Below are positions 7,908 through 22,900 of a stretch of 64,000 bases of DNA, in pieces; the first letter of the stretch is position 1; each line of letters starts with the position of its first letter. The stretch spans positions 1,178,001-1,242,000 of the forward strand of contig JAJCTO010000009.1 of the NCBI GenBank assembly GCA_046563655.1, in the 5' to 3' direction. A program made the translations under genes and the position numbers. The stretch comes from Yuukianura sp. NJ FZ-2021 (Eukaryota). The notes under the pieces are model-generated. The model was not told where the DNA came from and ran no database searches. It worked only from the letters and a program-made list of their open reading frames with translations.

Positions 7908-10900
7908 TAGTTACCTTTATTTATGAAAATTCATGTTTCAAAACAAAGAATTCAAAAGAAATGCATTCCGGAGCGATGCTGGGTAAAAGTCAGCTACATT
8001 TTTGAAATCCTCATAAAAAAGGCTAAAGGAGCCCACTTTCGCTTGCTGTGTTGTCCTTCATCTCGTGACTTTTTTATGAAAATTTGTTTCAAAACAAATC
8101 ATTCGAAAAACCTGCACGCGGAGCGATGCCGGGTGAAAATGTGTTACTTTTCTGAAATCCTCCTGAAAAGTACTACAGGAACCCAAGTTTAATTGGCGTG
8201 GATAGATCGCAATTAAATCTGGTTAGAGCGTACTTAAAAGTTTGAATGAACCGTTCTGCCTCGGATTTTATCTTTGGTTGGAATACGGCACCCAGGGCAA
8301 TGTCGAGCACCATTTTGACGCAAGACGACTTAAATTTGTGAGAATGAACATGCAAATGTGAGAATGAACAGAAAGTAATATATATTTTTGAAATCCTCAT
8401 TAAAAGTGCTACAGGAACCCACTTTCACTTGCTGTGTCGTCCCTCATCTAGTTACCTTTATTTATGAAAATTCATGTTTCAAAACAAAGACTTCAAAAGA
8501 AATGCATTCCGGAGCGATGCTGGGTAAAAGTCAACTATATTTTTGAAACCTCATAAAAAGGGCTACAGGAACCCACTTTCACTTGCTGTGTCGTCCCTCA
8601 TCTCGTGACTTTTTTTATGAAAATTTGTTTCAAAACAAATCATTCGAAAAACCTGCACGCGGAGCGATGCCGGGTGAAAATGTGTTACTTTTCTGAAATC
8701 CTCCTGAAAAGTACTACAGGAACCCAAGTTTAATTGGCGTGGATAGATCGCAATTAAATCTGGTTAGAGCGTACTTAAAAGTTTGAATGAACCGTTCTGC
8801 CTCGGATTTTATCTTTGGTTGGAATACGGCACCCAGGGCAATGTCGAGCACCATTTTGACGCAAAACGACTTAAATTTGTGAGAATCAACATGCAAATGT
8901 GAGAATGAACAGAAAGTAATATATATTTTTGAAATCCTCATTAAAAGTGCTACAGGAACCCACTTTTACTTGCTGTGTCGTCCCTCATCTAGTTACCTTT
9001 ATTTATGAAAATTCATGTTTCAAAACAAAGAATTCAAAAGAAATGCATTCCGGAGCGATGCTGGGTAAAAGTCAGCTACATTTTTGAAATCCTCATAAAA
9101 AAGGCTAAAGGAGCCCACTTTCGCTTGCTGTGTTGTCCTTCATCTCGTGACTTTTTTTTATGAAAATTTGTTTCAAAACAAATCATTCGAAAAACCTGCA
9201 CGCGGAGCGATGCCGGGTGAAAATGTGTTACTTTTCTGAAATCCTCCTGAAAAGTACTACAGGAACCCAAGTTTAATTGGCGTGGATAGATCGCAATTAA
9301 ATCTGGTTAGAGCGTACTTAAAAGTTTGAATGAACCGTTCTGCCTCGGATTTTATCTTTGGTTGGAATACGGCACCCAGGGCAATGTCGAGCACCATTTT
9401 GACGCAAAACGACTTAAATTTGTGAGAATCAACATGCAAATGTGAGAATGAACAGAAAGTAATATATATTTTTGAAATCCTCATTAAAAGTGCTACAGGA
9501 ACCCACTTTCACTTGCTGTGTCGTCCCTCATCTAGTTACCTTTATTTATGAAAATTCATGTTTCAAAACAAAAAATTCAAAAGAAATGCATTCCGGAACG
9601 ATGCCGGGTAAAAGTCAACTATATTTTTGAAACCCTCCTGAAAAGTACTACAGGAACCCAACTTTAATTGGCGTGGAAAGATCGCAATTAAATCTAGTTA
9701 GAGCGTACTTAAAAGTTTGAATGAACCGTTCTGCCTCGGATTTTATCTTGGGTTGGAATACGGCACCCAGGGCAATGTCGAGCACCATTTTGACGCAAAA
9801 CGACTTAAATTTGTGAGAATCAACATGCAAATGTTAGAATGAACAGAAAGTAATATATATTTTTGAAATCCTCATTAAAAGTGCTACAGGAACCCACTTT
9901 TACTTGCTGTGTCGTCCCTCATCTAGTTACCTTTATTTATGAAAATTCATGTTTCAAAACAAAGAATTCAAAAGAAATGCATTCCGAAACGATGCTGAAT
10001 AAAAGTCAGCTACATTTTTGAAATCCTCATAAAAAAGGCTAAAGGAGCCCACTTTCGCTTGCTGTGTTGTCCTTCATCTCGTGACTTTTTTTTATGAAAA
10101 TTTGTTTCAAAACAAATCATTCGAAAAACCTGCACGCGGAGCGATGCCGGGTGAAAATGTGTTACTTTTCTGAAATCCTCCTGAAAAGTACTACAGGAAC
10201 CCAAGTTTAATTGGCGTGGATAGATCGCAATTAAATCTGGTTAGAGCGTACTTAAAAGTTTGAATGAACCGTTCTGCCTCGGATTTTATCTTGGGTTGGA
10301 ATACGGCACCCAGGGCAATGTCGAGCACCATTTTGACGCAAAACGACTTAAATTTGTGAGAATCAACATGCAAATGTGAGAATAAACAGAAAGTAATATA
10401 TATTTTTGAAATCCTCATTAAAAGTGCTACAGGATCCCACTTTCACTTGCTGTGTCGTCCCTCATCTAGTTACCTTTATTTATGAAAATTCATGTTTTAA
10501 AACAAAGAATTCAAAAGAAATGCATTCCGGAACGATGCCGGGTAAAAGTCAACTATATTTTTGAAATCCTCCTGAAAAGTACTACAGGAACCCAACTTTA
10601 ATTGGCGTGGAAAGATCGCAATTAAATCTAGTTAGAGCGTACTTAAAAGTTTGAATGAACCGTTCTGCCTCGGATTTTATCTTGGGTTGGAATACGGCAC
10701 CCAGGGCAATGTCGAGCACCATTTTGACGCAAAACGACTTAAATTTGTGAGAATCAACATGCAAATGTTAGAATGAACAGAAAGTAATATATATTTTTGA
10801 AATCCTCATTAAAAGTGCTACAGGAACCCACTTTTGCTTGCTGTGTCGTCCCTCATCTAGTTACCTTTATTTATGAAAATTCATGTTTCAAAACAAAGAA

Positions 10901-13900
10901 TTCAAAAGAAATGCATTCCGAAACGATGCTGAATAAAAGTCAGCTACATTTTTGAAATCCTCATAAAAAAGGCTAAAGGAGCCCACTTTCGCTTGCTGTG
11001 TTGTCCTTCATCTCGTGACTTTTTTTTACGAAAATTTGTTTCAAAACAAATCATTCGAAAAACCTGCACCCGGAGCGATGCCGGGTGAAAATGTGTTACT
11101 TTTCTGAAATGCTCCTGAAAAGTACTACAGGAACCCAAGTTTAATTGGCGTGGATAGATCGCAATTAAATCTGGTTAGAGCGTACTTAAAAGTTTGAATG
11201 AACCGTTCTGCCTCGGATTTTATCTTGGGTTGGAATACGGCACCCAGGGCAATGTCGAGCACCATTTTGACGCAAAACGACTTAAATTTGTGAGAATCAA
11301 CATGCAAATGTGAGAATGAACAGAAAGTAATATATATTTTTGAAATCCACATTAAAAGTGCTACAGGAACCCACTTTCACTTGCTGTGTCGTCCCTCATC
11401 TAGTTACCTTTATTTATGAAAATTCATGTTTCAAAACAAAGAATTCAAAAGAAATGCATTCCGGAACGATGCCGGGTAAAAGTCAACTATGTTTTTGAAA
11501 TCCTCCTGAAAAGTACTACAGGAGCCCAACTTTAATTGGCGTGGAAAGATCGCAATTAAATCTAGTTAGAGCGTACTTAAAAGTTTGAATGAACCGCTCT
11601 GCCTCGGATTTTATCTTGGATTGGAATACGGCACCCAGGGCAATGTCGAGCACCATTTTGACGCAAAACGACTTAAATTTGTGAGAATGAACATGCAAAT
11701 GTGAGAATGAACAGAAAGTAATATATATTTTTTAAATCCTCATTAAAAGTGCTACAGGAACCCACTTTCACTTGCTGTGTCGTCCCTCATCTAGTTACCT
11801 TTATTTATGAAAATTCATGTTTCAAAACAAAGAATTCAAAAGAAATGCATTCCGGAGCGATGCTGGGTAAAAGTCAACTATATTTTTGAAACCTCATAAA
11901 AAGGGCTACAGGAACCCACTTTCACTTGCTGTGTCGTCCCTCATCTCGTGACTTTTTTTATGAAAATTTGTTTCAAAACAAATCATTCGAAAAACCTGCA
12001 CGCGGAGCGATGCCGGGTGAAAATGTGTTACTTTTCTGAAATCCTCCTGAAAAGTACTACAGGAACCCAAGTTTAATTGGCGTGGATAGATCGCAATTAA
12101 ATCTGGTTAGAGCGTACTTAAAAGTTTGAATGAACCGTTCTGCCTCGGATTTTATCTTGGGTTGGAATACGGCACCCAGGGCAATGTCGAGCACCATTTT
12201 GACGCAAAACGACTTAAATTTGTGAGAATCAACATGCAAATGTGAGAATGAACAGAAAGTAATATATATTTTTGAAATCCTCATTAAAAGTGCTACAGGA
12301 ACCCACTTTCGCTTGCTGTTTCGTCCCTCATCTAGTTACCTTTATTTATGAAAATTCATGTTTCAAAACAAAGAATTCAAAAGAAATGCATTCCGAAACG
12401 ATGCTGGGTAAAAGTCAACTATGTTTTTGAAACCTCATAAAAAGGGCTACAGGAACCCACTTTCACTTGCTGTGTCGTCCCTCATCTCGTGACTTTTTTT
12501 ACGAAAATTTGTTTCAAAACAAATCATTCGAAAAACCTGCACGCGGAGCGATGCCGGGTGAAAATGTGTTACTTTTCTGAAATCCTCCTGAAAAGTACTA
12601 CAGGAACCCAAGTTTAATTGGCGTGGATAGATCGCAATTAAATCTGGTTAGAGCGTACTTAAAAGTTTGAATGAACCGTTCTGCTTCGGATTTTATCTTG
12701 GGTTGGAATACGGCACCCAGGGCAATGTCGAGCACCATTTTGACGCAAAACGACTTAAATTTGTGAGAATCAACATGCAAATGTGAGAATGAACAGAAAG
12801 TAATATATATTTTTGAAATCCTCATTAAAAGTGCTACAGGAACCCACTTTCGCTTGCTGTTTCGTCCCTCATCTAGTTACCTTTATTTATGAAAATTCAT
12901 GTTTCAAAACAAAGAATTCAAAAGAAATGCATTCCGGAGCGATGCTGGGTAAAAGTCAACTATATTTTTGAAACCTCATAAAAAGGGCTACAGGAACCCA
13001 CTTTCACTTGCTGTGTCGTCCCTCATCTCGTGACTTTTTTTTACGAAAATTTGTTTCAAAACAAGTCATTCGAAAAACCTGCACGCGGAGCGATGCCGGG
13101 TGAAAATGTGTTACTTTTCTGAAATCCTCCTGAAAAGTACTACAGGAACCCAAGTTTAATTGGCGTGGATAGATCGCAATTAAATCTGGTTAGAGCGTAC
13201 TTAAAAGTTTGAATGAACCGTTCTGCCTCGGATTTTATCTTGGGTTGGAATACGGCACCCAGGGCAATGTCGAGCACCATTTTGACGCAAAACGACTTAA
13301 ATTTGTGAGAATGAACATGCAAATGTGAGAATGAACAGAAAGTAATATATATTTTTGAAATCCTCATTAAAAGTGCTACAGGAACCCACTTTCGCTTGCT
13401 GTGTCGTCCCTCATCTAGTTACCTTTATTTATGAAAATTTGTTTCAAAACAAATCATTCGAAAAACCTGCGCGCGGAGCGATGCCGGGTGAAAATGAGTT
13501 ACTTTTCTGAAATGCTCCTGAAAAGTACTACGGGAACCCAAGTTTAGTTGGCGTGGATAGATCGCAATTAAATCTGGTTAGAGCGTACTTAAAAGTTTGA
13601 ATGAACCGTTCTGCCTCGGATTTTATCTTGGGTTGGAATACGGCACCCAGGGCAATGTCGAGCACCATTTTGACGCAAAACGACTTAAATTTGTGACAAT
13701 GAACATGCAAATGTGAGAATGAACAGAAAGTAATATATATTTTTGAAATCCTCACTAAAAGTGCTACAGGAACCCACTTTCACTTGCTGTGTTGTCCCTC
13801 ATCTAGTTACCTTTATTTATGAAAATTCATGTTTCAAAACAAAGAATTCAAAAGAAATGCATTCCGGAACGATGCCGGGTAAAAGTCAACTATATTTTTG

Positions 13901-16900
13901 AAATCCTCCTGAAAAGTACTACAGGAGCCCAACTTTAATTGGCGTGGAAAGATCGCAATTAAATCTAGTTAGAGCGTACTTAAAAGTTTGAATGAACCGC
14001 TCTGCCTCGGATTTTATCTTGGATTGGAATACGGCACCCAGGGCAATGTCGAGCACCATTTTGACGCAAAACGACTTAAATTTGTGAGAATGAACATGCA
14101 AATGTGAGAATGAACAGAAAGTAATATATATTTTTGAAATCCTCATTAAAAGTGCTACAGGAACCCACTTTCACTTGCTGTGTCGTCCCTCATCTAGTTA
14201 CCTTTATTTATGAAAATTCATGTTTCAAAACAAAGAATTCAAAAGAAATGCATTCCGGAGCGATGCTGGGTAAAAGTCAACTATATTTTTGAAACTTCAT
14301 AAAAAGGGCTACAGGAACCCACTTTCACTTGCTGTGTCGTCCCTCATCTCGTGACTTTTTTTTATGAAAATTTGTTTCAAAACAAATCATTCGAAAAACC
14401 TGCACGCGGAGCGATGCCGGGTGAAAATGTGTTACTTTTCTGAAATCCTCCTGAAAAGTACTACAGGAACCCAAGTTTAATTGGCGTGGATAGATCGCAA
14501 TTAAATCTGGTTAGAGCGTACTTAAAAGTTTGAATGAACCGTTCTGCCTCGGATTTTATCTTGGGTTGGAATACGGCACCCAGGGCAATGTCGAGCACCA
14601 TTTTGACGCAAAACGACTTAAATTTGTGAGAATCAACATGCAAATGTGAGAATGAACAGAAAGTAATATATATTTTTGAAATCCTCATTAAAAGTGCTAC
14701 AGGAACCCACTTTCACTTGCTGTGTCGTCCCTCATCTAGTTACCTTTATTTATGAAAATTCATGTTTCAAAACAAAGAATTCAAAAGAAATGCATTCCGG
14801 AACGATGCCAGGTAAAAGTCAACTATATTTTTGAAATCCTCCTGAAAAGTACTACAGGAGCCCAACTTTAATTGGCGTGGAAAGATCGCAATTAAATCTA
14901 GTTAGAGCGTACTTAAAAGTTTGAATGAACCGCTCTGCCTCGGATTTTATCTTGGATTGGAATACGGCACCCAGGGCAATGTCGAGCACCATTTTGACGC
15001 AAAACGACTTAAATTTGTGAGAATGAACATGCAAATGTGAGAATGAACAGAAAGTAATATATATTTTTTAAATCCTCATTAAAAGTGCTACAGGAACCCA
15101 CTTTCACTTGCTGTGTCGTCCCTCATCTAGTTACCTTTATTTATGAAAATTCATGTTTCAAAACAAAGAATTCAAAAGAAATGCATTCCGGAGCGATGCT
15201 GGGTAAAAGTCAACTATATTTTTGAAACCTCATAAAAAGGGCTACAGGAACCCACTTTCACTTGCTGTGTCGTCCCTCATCTCGTGACTTTTTTTTATGA
15301 AAATTTGTTTCAAAACAAATCATTCGAAAAACCTGCACGCGGAGCGATGCCGGGTGAAAATGTGTTACTTTTCTGAAATCCTCCTGAAAAGTACTACAGG
15401 AACCCAAGTTTAATTGGCGTGGATAGATCGCAATTAAATCTGGTTAGAGCGTACTTAAAAGTTTGAATGAACCGTTCTGCCTCGGATTTTATCTTGGGTT
15501 GGAATACGGCACCCAGGGCAATGTCGAGCACCATTTTGACGCAAAACGACTTAAATTTGTGAGAATCAACATGCAAATGTGAGAATGAACAGAAAGTAAT
15601 ATATATTTTTGAAATCCTCATAAAAAAGGCTAAAGGAACCCACTTTCGCTTGCTGTGTTGTCCTTCATCTCGTGACTTTTTTTATGAAAATTTGTTTCAA
15701 AACAAATCATTCGAAAAACCTGCACGCGGAGCGATGCCGGGTGAAAATGTGTTACTTTTCTGAAATCCTCCTGAAAAGTACTACAGGAACCCAAGTTTAA
15801 TTGGCGTGGATAGATCGCAATTAAATCTGGTTAGAGCGTACTTAAAAGTTTGAATGAACCGTTCTGCCTCGGATTTTATCTTGGGTTGGAATACGGCACC
15901 CAGGGCAATGTCGAGCACCATTTTGACGCAAAACGACTTAAATTTGTGAGAATCAACATGCATAAATAGATCATGTCTGAAAACTTCTGCCCAACAATAG
16001 TCCGAAATTGTATTTTAGCACAGCTCCACCATACCACAAGTGCATAAGTCTAACTACGATTTAGGTTTAACTTAGGGTTGAAACTATACAACAAGGTGTT
16101 AAACGTTCTGAAAAATGGAATTTATGCCTTTTTACCGCTTATACAAAAATTCTTGGTATTCATCAAATAACGGTCCACTTCGTCGTAGTGCATAGCTGAC
16201 TAAATCACACGTTGAAAAACATGTTGTCAGCCTCCATCCTTGAGCTTAAACTAGAAGTGCCTGTAAAGTGTCAAGCATGCCTTCACTTTAGATGCAAACG
16301 ATGAGTTCTCATTTTGACACCATGAATCATGACAACTCACACTTCAATCGAACTTCAGGGAAAAACCGACTATTACATTTTCTAAATCCAAATTGAACAT
16401 TCAGCATTTTTGGCCATTTTTGGATAAAATTTTTGGAAAATACTTTTTAATATTTTCTACCGACTTGCACATTAAATAGATCATGTCTGAAAACTTCTGC
16501 CCAACAATAGTCCGAAATTGTATTTTAGCACAGCTCCACCATACCACAAGTGCATAAGTCTAACTACGATTTAGGTTTAACTTAGGGTTGAAACTATACA
16601 ACAAGGTGTTAAACCTTCTGAAAAATGGAATTTATGCCTTTTTACCGCTTATACAAGAATTCTTGGTATTCATCAAATAACGGTCCACTTCGTCGTAGTG
16701 CATAACTGACTACATCACACGTTGAAAAACATGTTGTCAGCCTCCATCCTTGAGCTTAAACTAGAAGTGCCGGTAAAGTGTCAAGCATGCCTTCACTTTA
16801 GATGCAAACGATGAGTTCTCATTTTGACACCATGAATCATGACAACTCACACTTCAATCGAACTTCAGGGAAAAACCGACTATTACATTTTCTAAATCCA

Positions 16901-19900
16901 CATTGAACATTCAGCATTTTTGGCCATTTTTGGATAAAATTTTTGGAAAATACTTTTTAATATTTTCTACCGACTTGCACATTAAATAGACCATGTCTGA
17001 AAACTTCTGCCCAACAATAGTCCGAAATTGTATTTTAGCACAGCTCCACCATACCACAAGTGCATAAGTCTAACTACGATTTAGGTTTAACTTAGGGTTG
17101 AAACTATACAACAAGGTGTTAAACGTTCTGAAAAATGGAATTTATGCCTTTTTACCGCTTATACAAAAATTCTTGGTATTCATCAAATAACGGTCCACTT
17201 CGTCGTAGTGCATAGCTGACTAAATCACACGTTGAAAAACATGTTGTCAGCCTCCATCCTTGAGCTTAAACTAGAAGTGCCGGTAAAGTGTCAAGCATGC
17301 CTTCACTTTAGATGCAAACGATGAGTTCTCATTTTGACACCATGAATCATGACAACTCACACTTCAATCGAACTTCAGGGAAAAACCGACTATTACATTT
17401 TCTAAATCCAAATTGAACATTCAGCATTTTTGGCCATTTTTGGATAAAATTTTTGGAAAATACTTTTTAATATTTTCTACCGACTTGCACATTAAATAGA
17501 TCATGTCTGAAAACTTCTGCCCAACAATAGTCCGAAATTGTATTTTAGCACAGCTCCACCATACCACAAGTGCATAAGTCTAACTACGATTTAGGTTTAA
17601 CTTAGGGTTGAAACTATACAACAAGGTGTTAAACGTTGTGAAAAATGGAATTTATGCCTTGTTACCGCTTATACAAAAATTCTTGGTATTCATCAAATAA
17701 CGGTCCACTTCGTCGTAGTGCATAACTGACTAAATCACACGTTGAAAAACATGTTGTCAGCCTCCATCCTTGAGCTTAAACTAGAAGTGCCGGTAAAGTG
17801 TCAAGCATGCCTTCACTTTAGATGCAAACGATGAGTTCTCATTTTGACACCATGAATCATGACAACTCACACTTCAATCGAACTTCAGGGAAAAACCGAC
17901 TATTACATTTTCTAAATCAAAATTGAACATTCAGCATTTTTGGCCATTTTTGGATAAAATTTTTGGAAAATACTTTTTAATATTTTCTACCGACTTGCAC
18001 ATTAAATAGATCATGTCTGAAAACTTCTGCCCAACAATAGTCCGAAATTGTATTTTAGCCCAGCTCCACCATACCACAAGTGCATAAGTCTAACTACGAT
18101 TTAGGTTAAACTTAGGGTTGAAACTATACAACAAGGTGTTAAACGTTGTGAAAAATGGAACTTATGCCTTGTTACCGCTTATACAAAAATTCTTGGTATT
18201 CATCAAATAACGGTCCACTTCGTCGTAGTGCATAACTGACTAAATCACACGTTGAAAAACATGTTGTCAGCCTCCATCCTTGAGCTTAAACTAGAAGTGC
18301 CGGTAAAGTGTCAAGCATGCCTTCACTTTAGATGCAAACGATGAGTTCTCATTTTGACACCATGAATCATGACAACTCACACTTCAATCGACTTTCAGGG
18401 AAAAACCGACTATTACATTTTCTAAATCAAAATTGAACATTCAGCATTTTTGGCCATTTTTGGATAAAATTTTTGGAAAATACTTTTTTATATTTCCTAC
18501 CAACTTGCACATTAAATAGATCATGTCTGAAAACTTCTGCCCAACAATAGTCCGAAATTGTATTTTAGCCCAGCTCCACCATACCACAAGTGCATAAGTC
18601 TAACTACGATTTAGGTTAAACTTAGGGTTGAAACTATACAACAAGGTGTTAAACGTTGTGAAAAATGGAACTTATGCCTTGTTACCGCTTATACAAAAAT
18701 TCTTGGTATTCATCAAATAACGGTCCACTTCGTCGTAGTGCATAACTGACTAAATCACACGTTGAAAAACATGTTGTCAGCGTCCATCCTTGAGCTCAAA
18801 CTAGAAGTGCCAGTGAAGTGTCAAGCATGCCTTCACTTTAGATGCAAACCATGAGTTCTCATATTGACACCATGAATCATGACAACTCACACTTCAATCG
18901 AACTTCAGGGAAAAACCGACTATTACATTTTCTAAATCAAAATTGAACATTCAGCATTTTTGGCCATTTTTGGATAAAATTTTTGGAAAATACTTTTTAA
19001 TATTTTCTACCGACTTGCACATTAAATAGATCATGTCTGAAAACTTCTGCCCAACAATAGTCCGAAATTGTATTTTAGCACAGCTCCACCATACCACAAG
19101 TGCATAAGTCTAACTACGATTTAGGTTTAACTTATGGTTGAAACTATACAACAAGGTGTCAAACGTTGTGAAAAATGGAATTTATGCCTTGTTACCGCTC
19201 ATACCAAAATTCTTGGTATTCATCAAATAACGGTCCACTTCGTCGTAATGCATAACTGACTAAATCACACGTTGAAAAACATGTTGTCAGCGTCCATCCT
19301 TGAGCTTAAACTAGAAGTGCCGGTAAAGTGTCAAGCATGCCTTCACTTTAGATGCAAACGATGAGTTCTCATTTTGACACCATGAATCATGACAACTCAC
19401 ACTTCAATCGACTTTCAGGGAAAAACCGACTATTACATTTTCTAAATCAAAATTGAACATTCAGCATTTTTGGCCATTTTTGGATAAAATTTTTGGAAAA
19501 TACTTTTTTATATTTCCTACCAACTTGCACATTAAATAGATCATGTCTGAAAACTTCTGCCCAACAATAGTCCGAAATTGTATTTTAGCCCAGCTCCACC
19601 ATACCACAAGTGCATAAGTCTAACTACGATTTAGGTTAAACTTAGGGTTGAAACTATACAACAAGGTGTTAAACGTTGTGAAAAATGGAACTTATGCCTT
19701 GTTACCGCTTATACAAAAATTCTTGGTATTCATCAAATAACGGTCCACTTCGTCGTAGTGCATAACTGACTAAATCACACGTTGAAAAACATGTTGTCAG
19801 CGTCCATCCTTGAGCTCAAACTAGAAGTGCCGGTAAAGTGTCAAGCATGCCTTCACTTTAGATGCAAACGATGAGTTCTCATTTTGACACCATGAATCAT

Positions 19901-22900
19901 GACAACTCACACTTCAATCGACTTTCAGGGAAAAACCGACTATTACATTTTCTAAATCAAAATTGAACATTCAGCATTTTTGGCCATTTTTGGATAAAAT
20001 TTTTGGAAAATACTTTTTTATATTTCCTACCAACTTGCACATTAAATAGATCATGTCTGAAAACTTCTGCCCAACAATAGTCCGAAATTGTATTTTAGCC
20101 CAGCTCCACCATACCACAAGTGCATAAGTCTAACTACGATTTAGGTTAAACTTAGGGTTGAAACTATACAACAAGGTGTTAAACGTTGTGAAAAATGGAA
20201 CTTATGCCTTGTTACCGCTTATACAAAAATTCTTGGTATTCATCAAATAACGGTCCACTTCGTCGTAGTGCATAACTGACTAAATCACACGTTGAAAAAC
20301 ATGTTGTCAGCGTCCATCCTTGAGCTTAAACTAGAAGTGCCGGTAAAGTGTCAAGCATGCCTTCACTTTAGATGCAAACGATGAGTTCTCATATTGACAC
20401 CATGAATCATGACAACTCACACTTCAATCGAACTTCAGGGAAAAACCGACTATTACATTTTCTAAATCAAAATTGAACATTCAGCATTTTTGGCCATTTT
20501 TGGATAAAATTTTTGGAAAATACTTTTTAATATTTTCTACCGACTTGCACATTAAATAGATCATGTCTGAAAACTTCTGCCCAACAATAGTCCGAAATTG
20601 TATTTTAGCACAGCTCCACCATACCACAAGTGCATAAGTCTAACTACGATTTAGGTTTAACTTAGGGTTGAAACTATACAACAAGGTGTCAAACGTTGTG
20701 AAAAATGGAATTTATGCCTTGTTACCGCTCATACCAAAATTCTTGGTATTCATCAAATAACGGTCCACTTCATCGTAATGCATAACTGACTAAATCACAC
20801 GTTGAAAAACATGTTGTCAGCGTCCATCCTTGAGCTCAAACTAGAAGTGCCAGTGAAGTGTCAAGCATGCCTTCACTTTAGATGCAAACCATGAGTTCTC
20901 ATATTGACACCATGAATCATGACAACTCACACTTCAATCGAACTTCAGGGAAAAACCGACTATTACATTTTCTAAATCAAAATTGAACATTCAGCATTTT
21001 TGGCCATTTTTCGATAAAATTTTTGGAAAATACTTTTTAATATTTTCTACCGACTTGCACATTAAATAGATCATGTCTGAAAACTTCTGCCCAACAATAG
21101 TCCGAAATTGTATTTTAGCCCAGCTCCACCATACCACAAGTGCATAAGTCTAACTACGATTTAGGTTAAACTTAGGGTTGAAACTATACAACAAGGTGTT
21201 AAACGTTGTGAAAAATGGAACTTATGCCTTGTTACCGCTTATACAAAAATTCTTGGTATTCATCAAATAACGGTCCACTTCGTCGTAGTGCATAACTGAC
21301 TAAATCACACGTTGAAAAACATGTTGTCAGCGTCCATCCTTGAGCTTAAACTAGAAGTGCCGGTAAAGTGTCAAGCATGCCTTCACTTTAGATGCAAACG
21401 ATGAGTTCTCATTTTGACACCATGAATCATGACAACTCACACTTCAATCGAACTTCAGGGAAAAACCGACTATTACATTTTCTAAATCAAAATTGAACAT
21501 TCAGCATTTTTGGCCATTTTTGGATAAAATTTTTGGAAAATACTTTTTAATATTTTCTACCGACTTGCACATTAAATAGATCATGTCTGAAAACTTCTGC
21601 CCAACAATAGTCCGAAATTGTATTTTAGCACAGCTCCACCATACCACAAGTGCATAAGTCTAACTACGATTTAGGTTTAACTTAGGGTTGAAACTATACA
21701 ACAAGGTGTCAAACGTTGTGAAAAATGGAATTTATGCCTTGTTACCGCTCATACCAAAATTCTTGGTATTCATCAAATAACGGTCCACTTCGTCGTAATG
21801 CATAACTGACTAAATCACACGTTGAAAAACATGTTGTCAGCGTCCATCCTTGAGCTTAAACTAGAAGTGCCGGTAAAGTGTCAAGCATGCCTTCACTTTA
21901 GATGCAAACCATGAGTTCTCATATTGACACCATGAATCATGACAACTCACACTTCAATCGAACTTCAGGGAAAAACCGACTATTACATTTTCTAAATCAA
22001 AATTGAACATTCAGCATTTTTGGCCATTTTTGGATAAAATTTTTGGAAAATACTTTTTTATATTTCCTACCAACTTGCACATTAAATAGATCATGTCTGA
22101 AAACTTCTGCCCAACAATAGTCCGAAATTGTATTTTAGCCCAGCTCCACCATACCACAAGTGCATAAGTCTAACTACGATTTAGGTTTAACTTAGGGTTG
22201 AAACTATACAACAAGGTGTTAAACGTTGTGAAAAATGGAACTTATGCCTTGTTACCGCTCATACAAAAATTCTTGGTATTCATCAAATAACGGTCCACTT
22301 CGTCGTAGTGCATAACTGACTAAATCACACGTTGAAAAACATGTTGTCAGCCTCCATCCTTGAGCTTAAACTAGAAGTGCCGGTAAAGTGTCAAGCATGC
22401 CTTCACTTTAGATGCAAACGATGAGTTCTCATTTTGACACCATGAATCATGACAACTCACACTTCAATCGAACTTCAGGGAAAAACCGACTATTACATTT
22501 TCTAAATCAAAATTGAACATTCAGCATTTTTGGCCATTTTTGGATAAAATTTTTGGAAAATACTTTTTAATATTTTCTACCGACTTGCACATTAAATAGA
22601 TCATGTCTGAAAACTTCTGCCCAACAATAGTCCGAAATTGTATTTTAGCACAGCTCCACCATACCACAAGTGCATAAGTCTAACTACGATTTAGGTTTAA
22701 CTTATGGTTGAAACTATACAACAAGGTGTCAAACGTTGTGAAAAATGGAATTTATGCCTTGTTACCGCTCATACCAAAATTCTTGGTATTCATCAAATAA
22801 CGGTCCACTTCGTCGTAATGCATAACTGACTAAATCACACGTTGAAAAACATGTTGTCAGCGTCCATCCTTGAGCTTAAACTAGAAGTGCCGGTAAAGTG

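Larger units (their letters stand above)
1..15962. repeat. Satellite A tandem array (units ~541-543 bp and ~388-391 bp), interrupted by element 1
   Basis: The same 75-aa pseudo-ORF recurs at spacings of 388, 540, 541, 543 and 391 bp. Each monomer is a ~235-bp unique part plus one or two ~153-bp subrepeats starting 'ctacaggaacccactttc'. Confidence 0.97.

Noticed and set aside
208..15963. Repeated 60-75-aa ORFs in satellite A as functional genes
   Set aside because: Products of the tandem repeat with non-ATG starts; only a short integrase relic, not a full domain.
16060..16080. Telomeric repeats (TTAGG/TTAGGG) in satellite B
   Set aside because: Only two isolated motifs per monomer, not an array.
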